From Felis catus (taxonomy: Eukaryota), in the NCBI RefSeq assembly GCF_018350175.1, contig NC_058368.1, positions 84,198,001-84,262,000 of the forward strand: DNA of 64,000 nucleotides, given 5' to 3'. Made by a program: the position numbers and the translations under genes. The notes beneath the pieces are model-generated. The model was not told the origin of the DNA, did not search any database, and saw nothing but the letters and a program-made list of their open reading frames with translations. Below are positions 37,802 to 50,218 of the stretch, piece by piece; position 1 is the stretch's first letter, and every line of letters begins with the position of its first letter.

Positions 37802-38429
37802 TTATTAATGTCTAATATTTACTCATTGCCAAGATGAACTATGTTGGCAGCTCTCACAAACCAATGTGACAGGCATTATCACTATCCCTGCAGTTCAAGT
37901 AGGAAACTGAGGCACAGAAAGGTGAGATCTGTTGCTCAGTGTTCTAGGGCTGAAATCTGAAGCCATACTCTGGTTCTATAGACCATGTCCTTTATCTTTG
38001 AGTCATACTGCCTCTGAGACAGAGACTTTGAGGTGCCTGTGGATAAACTACTTCCTCTCATGACATGTGACTTACTTCTGGCCAATATTATGAGCATAAG
38101 TGTTGGATGCAACTGCCAGGTCTGGCCCCTGGAGCATACTGTGTGGCTCTCTAAGCTCTCTCTCTCTCTTTCTTAACTTGTCAGCCAGATAGATGCAGAA
38201 CACTTCACTGAGATCCCAAGAAGTTCCATGGGGGAACCATGGGGCAAAAGTATCCTGGGTTCTTCCTCACTCTCAGAGGATAGCTTCCCAGGATGTCTGC
38301 CTAGTCAGAAACATCTGTACAAGTTTAAGTAACTGAGAAACAAACTGTGGTTATTAAATTCCTTTGTATTAAACATATTTTTGACTAAGACCTATTTGTT
38401 ATAGCAGCACAACTTAGCCTATTATTAAT

Positions 38430-38950
38430 GGCAAAGGTAAGAAATCTGGCAGATACTATCTCAACCAAGCAATTAAGGTTAACACCAACTGTGATACAAC
38501 ACATCAACATCATATACCTCCCAATAAGATGAACTGAGAAAGACACAATATTTCTGTGGCATTCTTGCCAAAAATGTGTAACTTCAATCTTATGATGAGA
38601 AAACTTCAGACAAGTTTAAATTGAAGGACATTATGAAAAATAACTTTCCAGTAAAGGAAAAACTCCAGAACTGTCACAGTGTGTAGGAGCCTGAGGAGAC
38701 ATAGCAATTAAATGCAAAGAATTGGATCCTGGGCCAGAAAAAAGGACATTAGTGAAAATTGGTGAAATGCAAAGGTCTATTACTTAGCAATATTGTGTTA
38801 ATGCTAACTTCCTAATTTCAGTAATTATAGCATGTTATGTAAGATGTAAACATAAGAGGAAGGTGGATGAAGGGAGTGCTAGAATTATCTGTGTTGTTTT
38901 ACAACTTTTTGGTAAGACTAAAGTTATCTCAAAATAAAAAAAATAAAATA
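38430..38950 (+). mobile_element. Ancient L1MC-type 3' UTR fragment
   Basis: Resembles recalled L1MC 3' ends; ends in an A-rich tail at ~38930-38950. Confidence 0.6.
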
Positions 38951-39726
38951 AATACACGAATAAGAATGTGGTGATGAGCTACTGCCATATGGTAGCTTTG
39001 CTCTTGATACATTGTCATCAAGCCTGGACAATCAAGACCCACATTGGTTTATATACCTTCAAAAAATTTTTATTACAGAAAACTCCATTCTTCCAAGTCT
39101 GTTTCAAGGCCCACCTTATTTATTAAACTTGGACTTCTGTGTCTATTGGATTGAATACCTTTCTTGTTCCTTGGGTATCTGATATGGAGTCAAAAACTCT
39201 GTCTTTCATTGTAGGTTCTCGAGAAGAGGGACTGGGGCTCCGTAGCTACATTCCATTCTGTGAAGGCTATGAAACATCTGGTCACCTGGAGCACCAACAG
39301 CATTATGTCTCTGCCTGTGAGGTTAGGCAGGGGAGTCTGCCATGCTTCAGCATCTCCTCTGCACCCCTCTTTGGGCCCTGTGGACAATGTCACTGTGGGC
39401 CTGTGACCAGATCAAGGACCATAACTGAAGAGCCAGATATCAGTCCTAGGGTTAACACAGGGCATTACAGGCATGACTGTGTGCAGGTGGGGATGGTGGC
39501 ATGTCAGTCCCCAGAAGTGCAGGGCTTTAGGCAGAAAATGCCAATAAGGTGAAAGGGTCTGTTTCTCAGAAGCAAGATGAGCAGATTAGGGAGGTCCTGG
39601 GAGCCCACACACTAAGGTGCACAGGTTTCAAATGCAAGAAACTGGGTTGTGGTGCTGGACAGCAGCTGAAAGGAAGCCCATCCCAGAGCACATCAGGACA
39701 GATTTGGCCAGCCAGTGAACCAGTGC

Positions 39727-39732
39727 TTTAAT
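39727..39732 (-). terminator. LYPD8: LYPD8 polyadenylation signal (ATTAAA)
   Basis: ATTAAA on minus ~110 nt after the stop codon, followed by GT/T-rich sequence. Confidence 0.7.
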
Positions 39733-39841
39733 AATGGAGAAAAATGTGGCTGTCACAGGGCTTTGCATGGAAGGCTGTGACTGCTATTTACTGAGCAGTT
39801 AACAGGGGAAGGGTGAGGCATTTGAGGGCGGCAATTGAATC

Positions 39842-40131
39842 TCAGAGTAGCAGCCTCAGCAGAAGGAGGCTGGCAAAGGCTGCAGGGGTGAAAGAGACTT
39901 TGGACCCCATATCTGGGGTGGTGGGCTCATTGGAGATGGGTGTTGAGGAGCTGCCAACAGGAGGGGTGGTCAAGGTTGCATTGGGAATGGCGGTTGAGGA
40001 GGTGTTGGCACTGTCTACACACTCAAACTTTCGGAAGATGACTCCTCCAATTGTCCGGTTCTCAGAAGATAGGAACTGACAGGTAGAGTTACTGATGTTG
40101 GAACAGCCTTTCAGCACAAGCGTCTTAGACT
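39842..40131 (-). CDS. LYPD8: LYPD8 last coding exon (290 nt incl. stop): end of LU domain 2, Ser/Thr/Pro stalk, GPI signal
   Basis: Acceptor ccattgcattcacag|AGTCTAAG; TGA at 39842-39844. Confidence 0.92.
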
Positions 40132-43100
40132 CTGTGAATGCAATGGAGACAGTAAGGACTTCACCTCCCTTTTTTTGCTTCTTCCACAGGTCTCTCAGCA
40201 ACCTGAAACCTGTTTTAAATCTAAAACAAGAGCTTAGAGGAAGGACCTAGGATCAAGAACACCAAATGGAGGGGCGCCTGGGTGGCTCAGTCAGTTAAGT
40301 GTCTGACTCTTGATGTTGGGTAAGGTCATGGTCTCATAGTTTGTGAGTTCCAGTCCTGCATCAGGCTCTCCACCAACAACACAGAGCCTGCTTCAGATCC
40401 TCTTTCTCCCTTTCTCTCTGCCTCTCCCTCTCTCTGCCTCTGCGCTCTCTCTCTCTCTCTCTCTCTTTCAAAATAAATGAACATTAAAAAAACAAAATAA
40501 CACCAAATGGTAATAGAAGAGGGGCCACATAGGTCAGAACACAGACTCCCACCTAACTCCAGAAGAAACTGAAGCTCCAGAAGGTGGATGCAAGCCTGAG
40601 CTCACAGAAATGAGCCTGGGACTCAAATCTCCAGTGTTTACTTGAGGAGCTGACAGGTGACAAAATCCAGGGATGGGCTCATCCCCTCTGCTCTCAGTCC
40701 AGGAAGGTCTTCTCCCAGACTCCCCTCCTCCAGGTTCTGCTTTCCATCCCCACTTTTCTTTAGACCTGAGTTCTCTCTGCCTGAATTTTCTCTAAGAAAA
40801 CTAGAGGTGATCTTAATTCTAAATCTGAATTATATTGTATTTAACCCTGTTAAAGGTGCAAGTCCTAGGAAAAGGCCAAGGGAATTTGCAAAGAAGATGT
40901 TGTTGTGATTGCAACTACCATTATTGAATTCATAGTATGTGCCAGTATTGCTCTAATGGCTACAACTTAAACAGCTCTGGGGAACAGACAGTTCACAGGG
41001 GAGGAAAAACCTGGAAGGGACTAGCTACTTATCTGAAGAAGGGCTACAAACTTGCTTTGAGAAGGAAGGAAAACTCTCCAAATCCCTTTGAAGAAAACAA
41101 TGACTTACTTTTCTATAGAAAATAGCAGTGCTGGAGATTGAATTAGAGTGAGCTACAAAAATGTGTTGCTTGGCACATGTCTACAGTATTGGGGAGGGGG
41201 GAAAGTGGGCAAAAATAAACAAACAAAAAAACACCCCTACATGTATGGCCACTTTGATCTGTCTGGCCTTCAGATTAAGTCAAATACTATGGATTAAAAA
41301 AAAATCTATCCTTGGCACCAAAAGATACCTGGGAACAAGCTGAGTGGAAAGAGAAATTCTTTCTGATGTTGTTGTTATCTTTAGACATAGTTTAGAATTA
41401 AACATCAGAACTGTGTTTAAATCCTAGGGATTTTTAATTTTTTTTTGAAAATCCTTATATCACTAAATGAGAGAAGTCAATGTGAAAAGGCTACATACTA
41501 TATGATTCCAAATATATGATATTCTGATAAAAGCAAAATTATGGGGAGAGTACAAAGATCTGAGGTTTCCAGGGGTAAGAGATTAATAGAGGATTTTTAG
41601 GGCAGTGAAACTACTGTGTGTGATGCTATAATGGTAGATACATGTCATTATACATTTGTCAAAATCTATGGAATATGCAACACAAACAGTGAATCCTAAT
41701 GTAAACCTTGGACTCTGGGTAATAATGATGTGTCAATGTAGGTTCATAGATTACAACAAATGTTCGATTTTGGTGTGGAATGTTGATAGCAGGGGGAGTC
41801 TATGTATGTGTGGGAACACATATGGGGTATGTGGAAATCTCTTTACCTTTTTCTCAATTTTTCTGTAAACCTAAAACTCTTCTAAAAAATCTTTAAAAAA
41901 GTAAAAAATAGTTTCAAGATACATGTGATGTTTGACCCAACTGAAAAATCTGCAATTACATGTAAACATGGATTTCCAATACTATAATTGCCATTAACAA
42001 AAGTTGAAATTAAATTGTACTTGAGTGTTGGTGTTCTTAAACTATTTTTATTCTGAGCCGTATTGTGACGGAGACTCACTGGCTGTTCTAATTTTAGCTT
42101 CATGTCTCTTCCTTTCCTGCTGGGCCACCACTAGACACCATTAGAATGCATTTCCACCCTCCAATGCAGTTTGGGTTCTGGCCAACAGAATGTGAGAAAG
42201 TGACTCATGCACCTCCAGACCTTGCCTATAAAAACCTGCCTGCCTGGGTTCCTGGGTTGCTCAGTAGGTTCATGAGTTTGAGCCCCCCATGGGGCTCTCT
42301 GCTGTCAGTGGGGGGCCCACTTTGGATCCCCTGTCTCCCTCTCTCTGCCTCTCTCTCTCTCTCTTTCTCAAACATAAACATTAAAAAAAAAAAAGACTTT
42401 CCTGACTTCCTCCACTCCTTCTCTTTCCCCCACCTATTGGTGAGATTCAAAGAATATAGCAGGCAGCTGCCAAGTCCTGGGTAGGTGGGAACCAGAGCCT
42501 CGAGATGGAAGAAACACAGGCCCCAAACTCTGCAATCAACTGCCATATGAGCAAAAAATAAACATCTGTTACATTGAGCCAGAGGATTTAGAGGTTGCTT
42601 TTTAACAGTAATAAACATAACCTAACTAATAAATGTATTATTCCTTAAATACTTGGGTATAGTATTAGCTTTGTATTTTATAATGGTTAACTTGTGGGGC
42701 TCCTGGGTGGCTCAATCAGTTTAGAGTCAGACTCTTGGTTTCAGCTCAGGTAATGATCTCATGGTTTGTGAATTCAAACCCCACATCAGGCTTTGTGCTG
42801 ACAGCAGAGAACCTTCTTGGAATTCTCTCTCTCCCTCTCTCTCTGACCCTCTCTTACTCTCTCTCTTCCTCTCTAAATAAATAAATAAATAAATAATAAA
42901 TAAATAAATAATTAACTTGTATTTCATAATGGTTAATATCAAATTAATTCTATAGAAAAAAAAGCAAATTGTTGGCTCTTAAACCCAATCTAACTCTTTC
43001 AGTCAGGTGATCCATGTTGTCATAAGCCGACACTTCTCAGTGACAAGTAGAGAGAAAAGTGTTAAGTATTAAAAGGAAATAAAAGCAAACACACACCCCC

Positions 43101-46100
43101 ACAGAACAACCCAACCTAGTAAAGAAATAAATGCCAGGAATGACATGATCCACTTAAACAGGCCTGGCTTGATTATAAGCCACAGTAGAACAAGGTTCAA
43201 GAGGTGGACAGCCCAGAAGGAATGGTTCTGGACTAAGGTGGCAGAAATAGCAACCAGCTCAAGGCTACATTAACAGCCTCACTATCTCAAAGACATTCTG
43301 ACCTTGTCTTTTTATCCTACTAACATCCCCCAGCCTTCTTTTGTTAACCTAGAACTTATTACCCAACACTTGATATGTTTTCAACTCAAGTCTCATAAAA
43401 GGAAATTAAAACCCCAAGACGTACCAGTCTTAAATTCTGCAACTAGACTAACACACCGTTCTTCTTTATAACATTTCCTGGATTTCACACTACAGGAAGT
43501 TTCATTAGATCCATAACATGCAAGACACTCTGTGTTGTTGGACATATCTTCCTGTAGAGGAGCTGGGAAGAATAAGAGTAATTTAGAACAGTGTTAAAAC
43601 ACAGAACATGGTACTGCCTTGTACTGAAGGAGACAAGCAAGCAAATATGCTGGCCAGAGAGAACTTGAGAATGGGCAATTGCATGAAGACACTAATCATC
43701 CCAGCCGAATAGTTACATATCCCCCCAAAACAGTTATAGCACACAACCCCACACACTTGCCCTTACAAACCATTCAGTCTTTAAGAACTATGGTCAGTGG
43801 TTGTGTTGGGCTGAGAAGAAAACCAACCGATGCCAACATTAGCCAGCTATGCTGAACACGCCAATAAGTGTATAGATGTTACTAAATCTTTCTCTGAATA
43901 GGGGTACCTGGGTGGCTCAGTCAGTTAAACATCCAATTTCGGCTCAGGTCATGATCTCACAGTGAGTTTGAGTCCTGTGTTGGGCACTGTGCTGACAGCT
44001 CAGAGTCTGGAGGCTGCTTCAGATTCTGTGTGTGTGTCTCTCTCTCTGCCCCTCCCCAACTCGTGCTCTGTCTCCCTTGCTCTCTCTAAATATATATATC
44101 TTTCTCTCTGCCTCTCTCTCTCTCTCTGTTCCTCTCCCCCCAAAATAAATAAAACTTTAAATAAATAAATATTTCTCTGAATAAATGAACACATGCCATT
44201 ACTTACCAAAATTATACTGAGACCCAGTTCTGCTATTAATGAGCTATGCTAGAACTATGACCAATTAACCTTGCCTTTGTGGCTATGTTTTCTTCTCCTT
44301 GAAAAGAGAGCTTTGGTAGGAGGGGCATCTGGGTGGCTCAGTCAGTTAAGTATCCTACTCTTGATTTCAGTTCAGGTCAGGATCTCATGGTTCATGAGTT
44401 CAAGCCCCACATTGGGCTCTGCACTGACAGCAAGGAGCCTGCTTGAGATTCTCTCTCCCTCTCCATCTGTTCCTCTCCTGCTCTTTCTCTCTCAAAAATA
44501 AATAAACACTAAAAAGAGAGAGAGCTTTGTATGGACCAACAGTTGTCAAATTATGGTCCAAGAACTACTGGGAATCACCCAAGAATCTTTCAGGGAGTCC
44601 ACAAGGTCAAAAACATTTTCATGATAATACTAAGATGTTCGTTGCCTCTTTCACTCTATTTCTCTCATGAATGTACAGTGGAGTTTTTGAGAGGTTACAT
44701 GACATGAGAGATTGCAACAGATTAAATAAATGCACAAGCAAATCTGAGAACCCAGTTGTCTTCTATTAAGCCAGAAACCAAAGATGTTTGAGAAAATATG
44801 TAACAATGCCACTTTTCTTACTAAACATTATGTTTTGTTTTGGAAGATAGCTTTTTTCTATTTAAAAGTGTTATTAATGTTCACATGTGGGTTTATTATT
44901 TTTTAGGAAGCTCAATAAAGATTTTTAAAATTTCTTTTGGACATTTTTTTAATTTTTAAAATTTCTAATACAGTAAATACTGATCATATGGATCACATAA
45001 ATCAAAGTTCTCTGGAGTTCGCCATAATTTTTAATACCTACAGTCTTAAAATAGGGCCTGAAACCACATTTTAGAACTACTAATAAGCATCTAATTCCAT
45101 CCAGTTAGACAGACAGTCTAATTCTGTCTGTACTTGGAAAAGAGGAAAGCATGAGAGTAGTGGTGGTTTTCCCATTTTCCTGTAATTGTTGTAATTGTTG
45201 TAAGTCAGCTATTTATATTACTTAGATATGTACTGAAGTTCTTGGACCTGAGATGTACCCCAGAGAGTGAGAACCACAGGTGGCAAAGGAAGGGACAGGG
45301 CCAGGTAGACAGAGGGAGGATGGCACATTGCCAGCACCCACCTAGAGCATCACTGGTGTCATTACACTCCTTCCCTTGGCAACACTGGCTTGTAAAGTGA
45401 AAACGTTCTTCACCAGACACGTGGACAGTGAAAGCTTCAACCATGTCTCTTCCTTCCCTGCAGTTCTCTGCAGAGCAGGCCTTATCCTGATATAATGCAA
45501 TGGCTGCCGCTGCACAAAGACAAACACACAATATCATCCCTGGGTGCTGAAGCTTCAGAGAGGGCAGAGACCCTGAATAGTGACTGCTTCAGGAAACAGT
45601 AGAAACATATCCTCAGTTCAATGTGATTTCAGAGACACTTGGGAGAGTTTCCTGCAAAAAGAAAAAATTTTCCCCATGAGGTAGTTCCTTCCTTTTCCAG
45701 GAGACTAGCAGAGGTGCAGGCTAAACTTCAGGACAAAGACTGATGAGGAGCTTGAAAATGGTAGTTCGGGCCAATATTCCAGAGTGCACTTATCAGTCTT
45801 AGCATCTTGAAAAATAGCCAAGCAGATCTGATGGTCCTAAGTGCAATCTGATGTTAAACCTGAATACAGTCAAGCTTTTAGATCAGAGCTATCTGATATG
45901 GTAGTTAGCAGCTATATGTGGCTATTTAAAATTCAGCTCTTCAGTCATATAACCACATTTCAAGTGGCCAATAACTACATGAGGCTACTATATAAGACAG
46001 CATTGGTGTAAACTTTTCCATTATTGAAGAAAGTTCTACTGAGCAGCATGGATCCAATTTATAGGAAAATACCAGAAATAGGGGAAGAAAGAAATGACAC

Positions 46101-47885
46101 CACAAAGAAGCAATTAACCAAAGCCAGAATATGAGACAAATATAGGACAAATGGTCCAGTTTCTCCAACAAATCAGTGGGATTGAACAACAACAACAAAA
46201 TGATGATTGATTCCTGTTATAAAACAAATTGGACATATTAGATCTGACAGCAAAATACAGTGTGAGGATTTTGTTTATATATAAATTTTAATACATTAAC
46301 TATAACACAACATCTGAAACAATTGGGACATTTTTAAGATGTCCTGGCTACTACAGAAAATTAAAGAATTCCAGCTAATTTTCTTAGGTATATAAAGGTA
46401 TGGTAGTTACATAAAGAGAAAAAAAAAGTCCTTATCAGAGATGAATAGTGAAGTATTTTTAGGTGAAATTACATGATATCTAAGTTTTAAAATACCATTG
46501 CATGGGCACCTGGGTGGCCCAGTTGGTTAAGCATCCAATTTTGGCTTAGGTCATGATCTTATGGTTCATTAGTTCAAGCCCCACATCAGACTCTGTTCTG
46601 GCAGCTCGGAGTTTGCTTGGGATTCTGTCCCTGCCCCCATCTCTTTCTGCCCCTCCCCCACTTTCTCTCTGTCTCTCTCTTTCTCAAAAAAAAATAAGTA
46701 AATTTTAAAACAAAAGAAAAAATAAATTTCAAAAAATAAATAAAATATTATTACAAAAAAAGGCAAAATGTTGATAATTATTGACACAGGATAGTAGTTA
46801 CATGGCAATGCATTATATTCTTCTTCTTGCTTTTGTGCATATTTGAAAATGCCCATAATAAAAAGTTAAAAATAAATCTAAGTGCTCTGAGAGAGAGGTA
46901 ACAATCATGCCAGGAAAACACCCTGGGAGAGAGTATGAGTGAAAGTATGTTGGATCTGGAACAGGAATGAGCACTGAAACAGAGAAAATTGGGGAGGAAA
47001 AATGGAAGAATGCAAGCACCCAGAGCAAAGTTCCTGCTTTGCAGTTTACTAAGAGGTTCCCCTGCTTCTCACATCCACTAATTCAGGTACAGAATGAGAT
47101 TTCAGTCAAGAGCAGCCATTCCAAAAAGCCACAAGGGCTTGTCTGTTTGCTCCTGCATTTTCATCTGACTTCTGAATTTTGCTTCTTCTGGAAGGCATAT
47201 TCATGAGCCCATCTCTCTTTGCACAGCTGGGCCTTTCCTCAGCCTTCCTTTCTTCCCTGGCCACCCTCTCCAGCTCCTGCCCCATGCAAATCCCAGAAAT
47301 GGGGGTTATAGCATCCCAGACTCACCTAGAGAAGAGTTGGCCAAGAAACTGGTACAGCTGACATTGGCACTTGAGGGACACCCAGTGATGCTGCTGTTGA
47401 CACAGGAGTTTGTCAATGAATTACACTGCACACAACTCAGGGATTCTGGGGAGACAAGATGTCCAACATTGTCAACATTCAGGAGACACTTATAGAGTGT
47501 ACTATGGACAAAACACCACATCCATCTCAAGCTAAAGGAATAGCTGGGAGGTATCCCTTCCCTCTGGCATCCCCCAGACTTGAGGCTGTGAGATATAGCC
47601 ACCCCCATTAGTTTCTCTCCACTGTCCACCATTTCCCACTGGGAATAACCACAGCACAGAGCTCCAGCTCCACTGACACCAGTGTGCACAAAGAGGTCTC
47701 CCATTATCCACTGACCAGACTTTGACATGAGAGGCCACATGAGAGAACCCCAGAGCACCAAGAACAGAAGACCTTGATGAGGTGTGAAAAGAGGTCTTTA
47801 TTCCCAAACGGTGTCATTGTTTTCCCTCACCTACAGCTGTTACCACAAGTGCCGCGATGATACAGGTAAGGAGGATGCCTTTCAT
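39842..47885 (-). CDS. LYPD8: LY6/PLAUR domain-containing protein 8; join complement(47831-47885, 47326-47445, 45342-45509, 43425-43562, 39842-40131) = 771 nt, 256 aa
   Basis: All introns are GT-AG, phase 1, and the joined frame is open. Protein: MKGILLTCIIAALVVTAV-ESLSCVQCNS..CSAENC..AFTVHVSGEERFHFTSQCCQGKECNDTSDAL..CLACYGSNETSC..CYKEERCVSLVAEFKT-ESKTLVLKGCSNISNSTCQFLSSENRTIGGVIFRKFEC..GSKVSFTPAAFASLLLLRLLL. Closely matches recalled human LYPD8; signal peptide, 10+8 Cys LU domains, hydrophobic GPI tail. Confidence 0.96.
40271..40498 (+). mobile_element. SINEC in LYPD8 intron, antisense to gene
   Basis: TSD aacaccaaatgg at 40258-40269 and 40499-40510. Confidence 0.92.
41455..41900 (+). mobile_element. 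Ancient L1MC-type 3' UTR fragment
   Basis: aaaaggctacatactatatgattcc..gtgaatcctaatgtaaac..gatgtgtcaatgtaggttcat..ctaaaactcttctaaaaaat. Confidence 0.75.
42246..42393 (+). mobile_element. Internally deleted SINEC inside an old MaLR-like LTR (~42100-42635)
   Basis: SINE head joined directly to the mid-body; flanks resemble MLT1 (ttctggccaacagaatgtgag; aaataaacatctgttacattgagcc). Confidence 0.7.
42696..42911 (+). mobile_element. SINEC, antisense to LYPD8
   Basis: ttaacttgt duplicated on both flanks; (AAAT)n tail. Confidence 0.9.
43425..43562 (-). CDS. LYPD8: LYPD8 coding exon 4 (138 nt)
   Basis: ttattcttcccag|CTCCT..AAGACTG|gtacgt; encodes APLQEDMSNNTECLACYGSNETSCSVKSRKCYKEERCVSLVAEFKT. Confidence 0.95.
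43901..44171 (+). mobile_element. SINEC with duplicated CT tract, antisense to LYPD8
   Basis: tttctctgaata duplicated on both flanks. Confidence 0.9.
44322..44515 (+). mobile_element. SINEC, antisense to LYPD8
   Basis: gagagctttg duplicated on both flanks. Confidence 0.9.
44536..45080. mobile_element. hAT-Charlie non-autonomous DNA transposon (MER119-like)
   Basis: ctttcagggagtccacaaggtcaaaa..ataatactaaga..tgtacagtggagtttt..tgtcttctattaagccaga; degenerate terminal inverted ends (..ttttagaactact). Confidence 0.7.
45342..45509 (-). CDS. LYPD8: LYPD8 coding exon 3 (168 nt)
   Basis: tttgtctttgtgcag|CGGCAG..GCTCTAG|gtgggt; contains CSAENC and CCQGKECN. Confidence 0.95.
   Translation of the reverse strand, partial: RQPLHYIRIRPALQRTAGKEETWLKLSLSTCLVKNVFTLQASVAKGRSVMTPVML
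45883..46047. mobile_element. MER3-like hAT MITE
   Basis: atgtggctatttaaa..cacatttcaagt..tttccattattgaagaaagttcta. A similar copy lies at ~48820-48990. Confidence 0.6.
46504..46760 (+). mobile_element. SINEC, antisense to LYPD8
   Basis: gggcacctgggtggcccag head; long A-rich tail. Confidence 0.88.
47326..47445 (-). CDS. LYPD8: LYPD8 coding exon 2 (120 nt)
   Basis: cttgtctccccag|AATCCCTG..TCTCTAG|gtgagt; encodes ESLSCVQCNSLTNSCVNSSITGCPSSANVSCTSFLANSSL. Confidence 0.96.
47831..47885 (-). CDS. LYPD8: LYPD8 signal-peptide coding part of exon 47831-47940
   Basis: Acceptor tttgtgtctcttcag| at 47941-47942; Kozak agcaccATG at 47883-47885; MKGILLTCIIAALVVTAV; donor G|gtgagg. Confidence 0.95.
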
Positions 47886-50136
47886 GGTGCTGGATCTGGT
47901 GTCTCACAAGGACAAGGACTGTGGCTGTACAGCTCTAAGCCTGAAGAGACACAAATAAGGAAGTCTGGGGTCTTGGAACATCCCCTAATTGTAATCATAC
48001 TTTGATAAGCCCAGCACACAGCCCATCCTTGTGAAAGAAAGAGTCAGCATTCTTAGCTGTGAGCACAGATTTGTGATGCAGTTTCTATGCTGTCCTTTTA
48101 TGTGCATCAGTCTGGGATTTCCCCAATCCTGGATGCCTGCAGAAACATCTACACACAGATACAAAACGCAGCCTGTGCATTTCCTACGGAGCCACTTCAG
48201 GTACAAGATGGGCAAGCAGAAGATTGCCAGCCCCACTGGGAATGGGATCCAAGAAGAAAGCTGGGCTTTCCTGTCCCAGAGCATAATGTAATCCTCTAGC
48301 TAATATCTGGCCTCATACACATAATTGAGGGGCTTACCGTTGTCATCACCACCCCAGTGGGCAGACACCTATTGAGAACTTTATTCTGAGCATTCTGTGT
48401 TCTTTAATTCATGTAATGCCTCCACCCTAGCAGACAGGTACTATTATTAACATCGCCCTCATTTCGTAGGGAAAATCAAGTCCCAGAGAGGTTAAATAAA
48501 TCACTCAAAGTCAAGGTCACATTCTTGGGAGGTGATAGAGCTGGGGTTAGCTAAGGCCCCTAACCACCACCCACACTGCCTCAAACTCATGTGAGTACCA
48601 GAGCCCCAGGCCTGAACACAATCAGCCTACAGGACTGAACCAGAGGCTCCAGCACACCAGTCTTTCTGTATCCACCAATCATCTGATAGCTACAGTTTCT
48701 CTGTATTCATTAGGATCCTGAATCAGAGCTCCCAGAATTTCATCTTGCCCATGTATCAAAGGAGCAAGGAGGGAAGTATCTGGCTCTGCACGGAGTCCTT
48801 CCTGATTGTTAGCTCATTTACCCTATAAACAGTAGCCACAAGCTGCATGTGGCTATTTGAATTTAGATTCATTGAAATGTTGAAAAAAAAAACAACATTC
48901 TGTTTCTCAGTCACCTGGCTAGTGACCACTTATTGGCCAGCACAACTTTGGAACATTTCCTTCATCACAGAAAGTCTCAGCTCACAATGTTGCTTATTGC
49001 TCTGCTCAGCAGGTGGCAAACTTATAGACAGAGATAATGAATGCTGCCCAAATTCACCCAGCTTGTTAGGCCAAAATTGGGACTTCATTCTGCATCCTTT
49101 AAGCTCCAAAGCTGAGTTGCACCATGATAGGGAGAACTGACCTTCACCTGGGAGCTGCAGCCTACCTCTCACCTCTCACCTTTCCACACTACATACATGT
49201 ACACACCACACACACCACTTCAACTATGATCTCTTAGTTGACTTATTAGGGGTTGGTGAAAATGAAGAGAAACTAGTTCAGTCAGGGGAGGCAGATGGGT
49301 CCATATATTATCTAATGGCCACAAAATATAAAAAAAAAAAAAAAAAAGGAGAAAAATTACGTATGTCTAATTTGAAGCTTGTGGCAGATGTTCTCTTCAT
49401 TGCACCCTGCATGTGCCCATGCCCGATGACCCCTCCAGGCTTCAGGAACCCCAGTAGGGAGAGAGGCTCATGGGGGTGAGCCTCCTGGGAAGGGTCTTCT
49501 CAAGCCTTGTGAGTGTGGAAGAGGATGGAAAGGGAGGTAAAGAGATGAGTGTAAAGAGGCCATAGCAGCCATGCCTGGTACATAAATTGCTTCTCCTTGT
49601 GGCATAAACATGATTATTAGCCTCATTTTTGTAGGGAAATAAAGGAGGCCCAGAGAGATCAGGATCCAGTCCAGGGACACATGGCAGAGAGTCAGAGTCT
49701 GGAGTGGTGAGAACTTGGGCCCTGCTTGCCACCTCTGAAGACAGTGAGGTGGAGGTTGGGAAAGGGAGCCTCATATGGAAAATGTGAACACGCAGCATCT
49801 AAAAAAACCCTTTGCAAGGTACTTCCTTCCACTCATTCTATAATTGGATATTTTCAATAGCCTGAGAGGGTTCTACCACAATTGCTTTCATTTTATACAT
49901 AGGCAAGCAGAGTTCAGAGCAGGTATGAAAAGGACAAAGCACATACCATGAGCAAACCCCACAATGCACACATCTCTCCTCACCAGCCTTCCCTTTCCTG
50001 AGTGTTGCTAAAGAAGCCAGAGCTATGAGAATGCCCTGGACTACAACCACCCCCACAATGCCCTTCCCTTGGTTTCAGCTCCTCTCAAGGTGAGACACCC
50101 TCCCCCCACCCCCACAGCTTGGCTTCAGCCCCTCAC

Positions 50137-50188
50137 CTTCAGAGTCTGTCCTGGAGACTGCCCACAGAAGGTGGATCCCAGCAGAGGA
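50137..50188 (-). other. LYPD8: Putative non-coding first exon of LYPD8 (start approximate)
   Basis: Strong donor GAAG|gtgagg at 50136; begins ~25-30 nt downstream of a TATA box. Confidence 0.65.
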
Positions 50189-50211
50189 TTAGAGCAGGTG
50201 TGTGAAGGGCC

Positions 50212-50218
50212 TTATATA
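50212..50218 (-). promoter_or_regulatory. LYPD8: TATA box (TATATAA) of LYPD8
   Basis: gcTATATAAggccc on minus, correctly spaced from the putative first exon. Confidence 0.65.

Noticed and set aside
45500..45511. Alternative acceptor 6 nt downstream in LYPD8 coding exon 3 (cag|CGGCAG|)
   Set aside because: In frame and possible as a minor isoform, but the first AG follows the pyrimidine tract and keeps the spacing of recalled human LYPD8.
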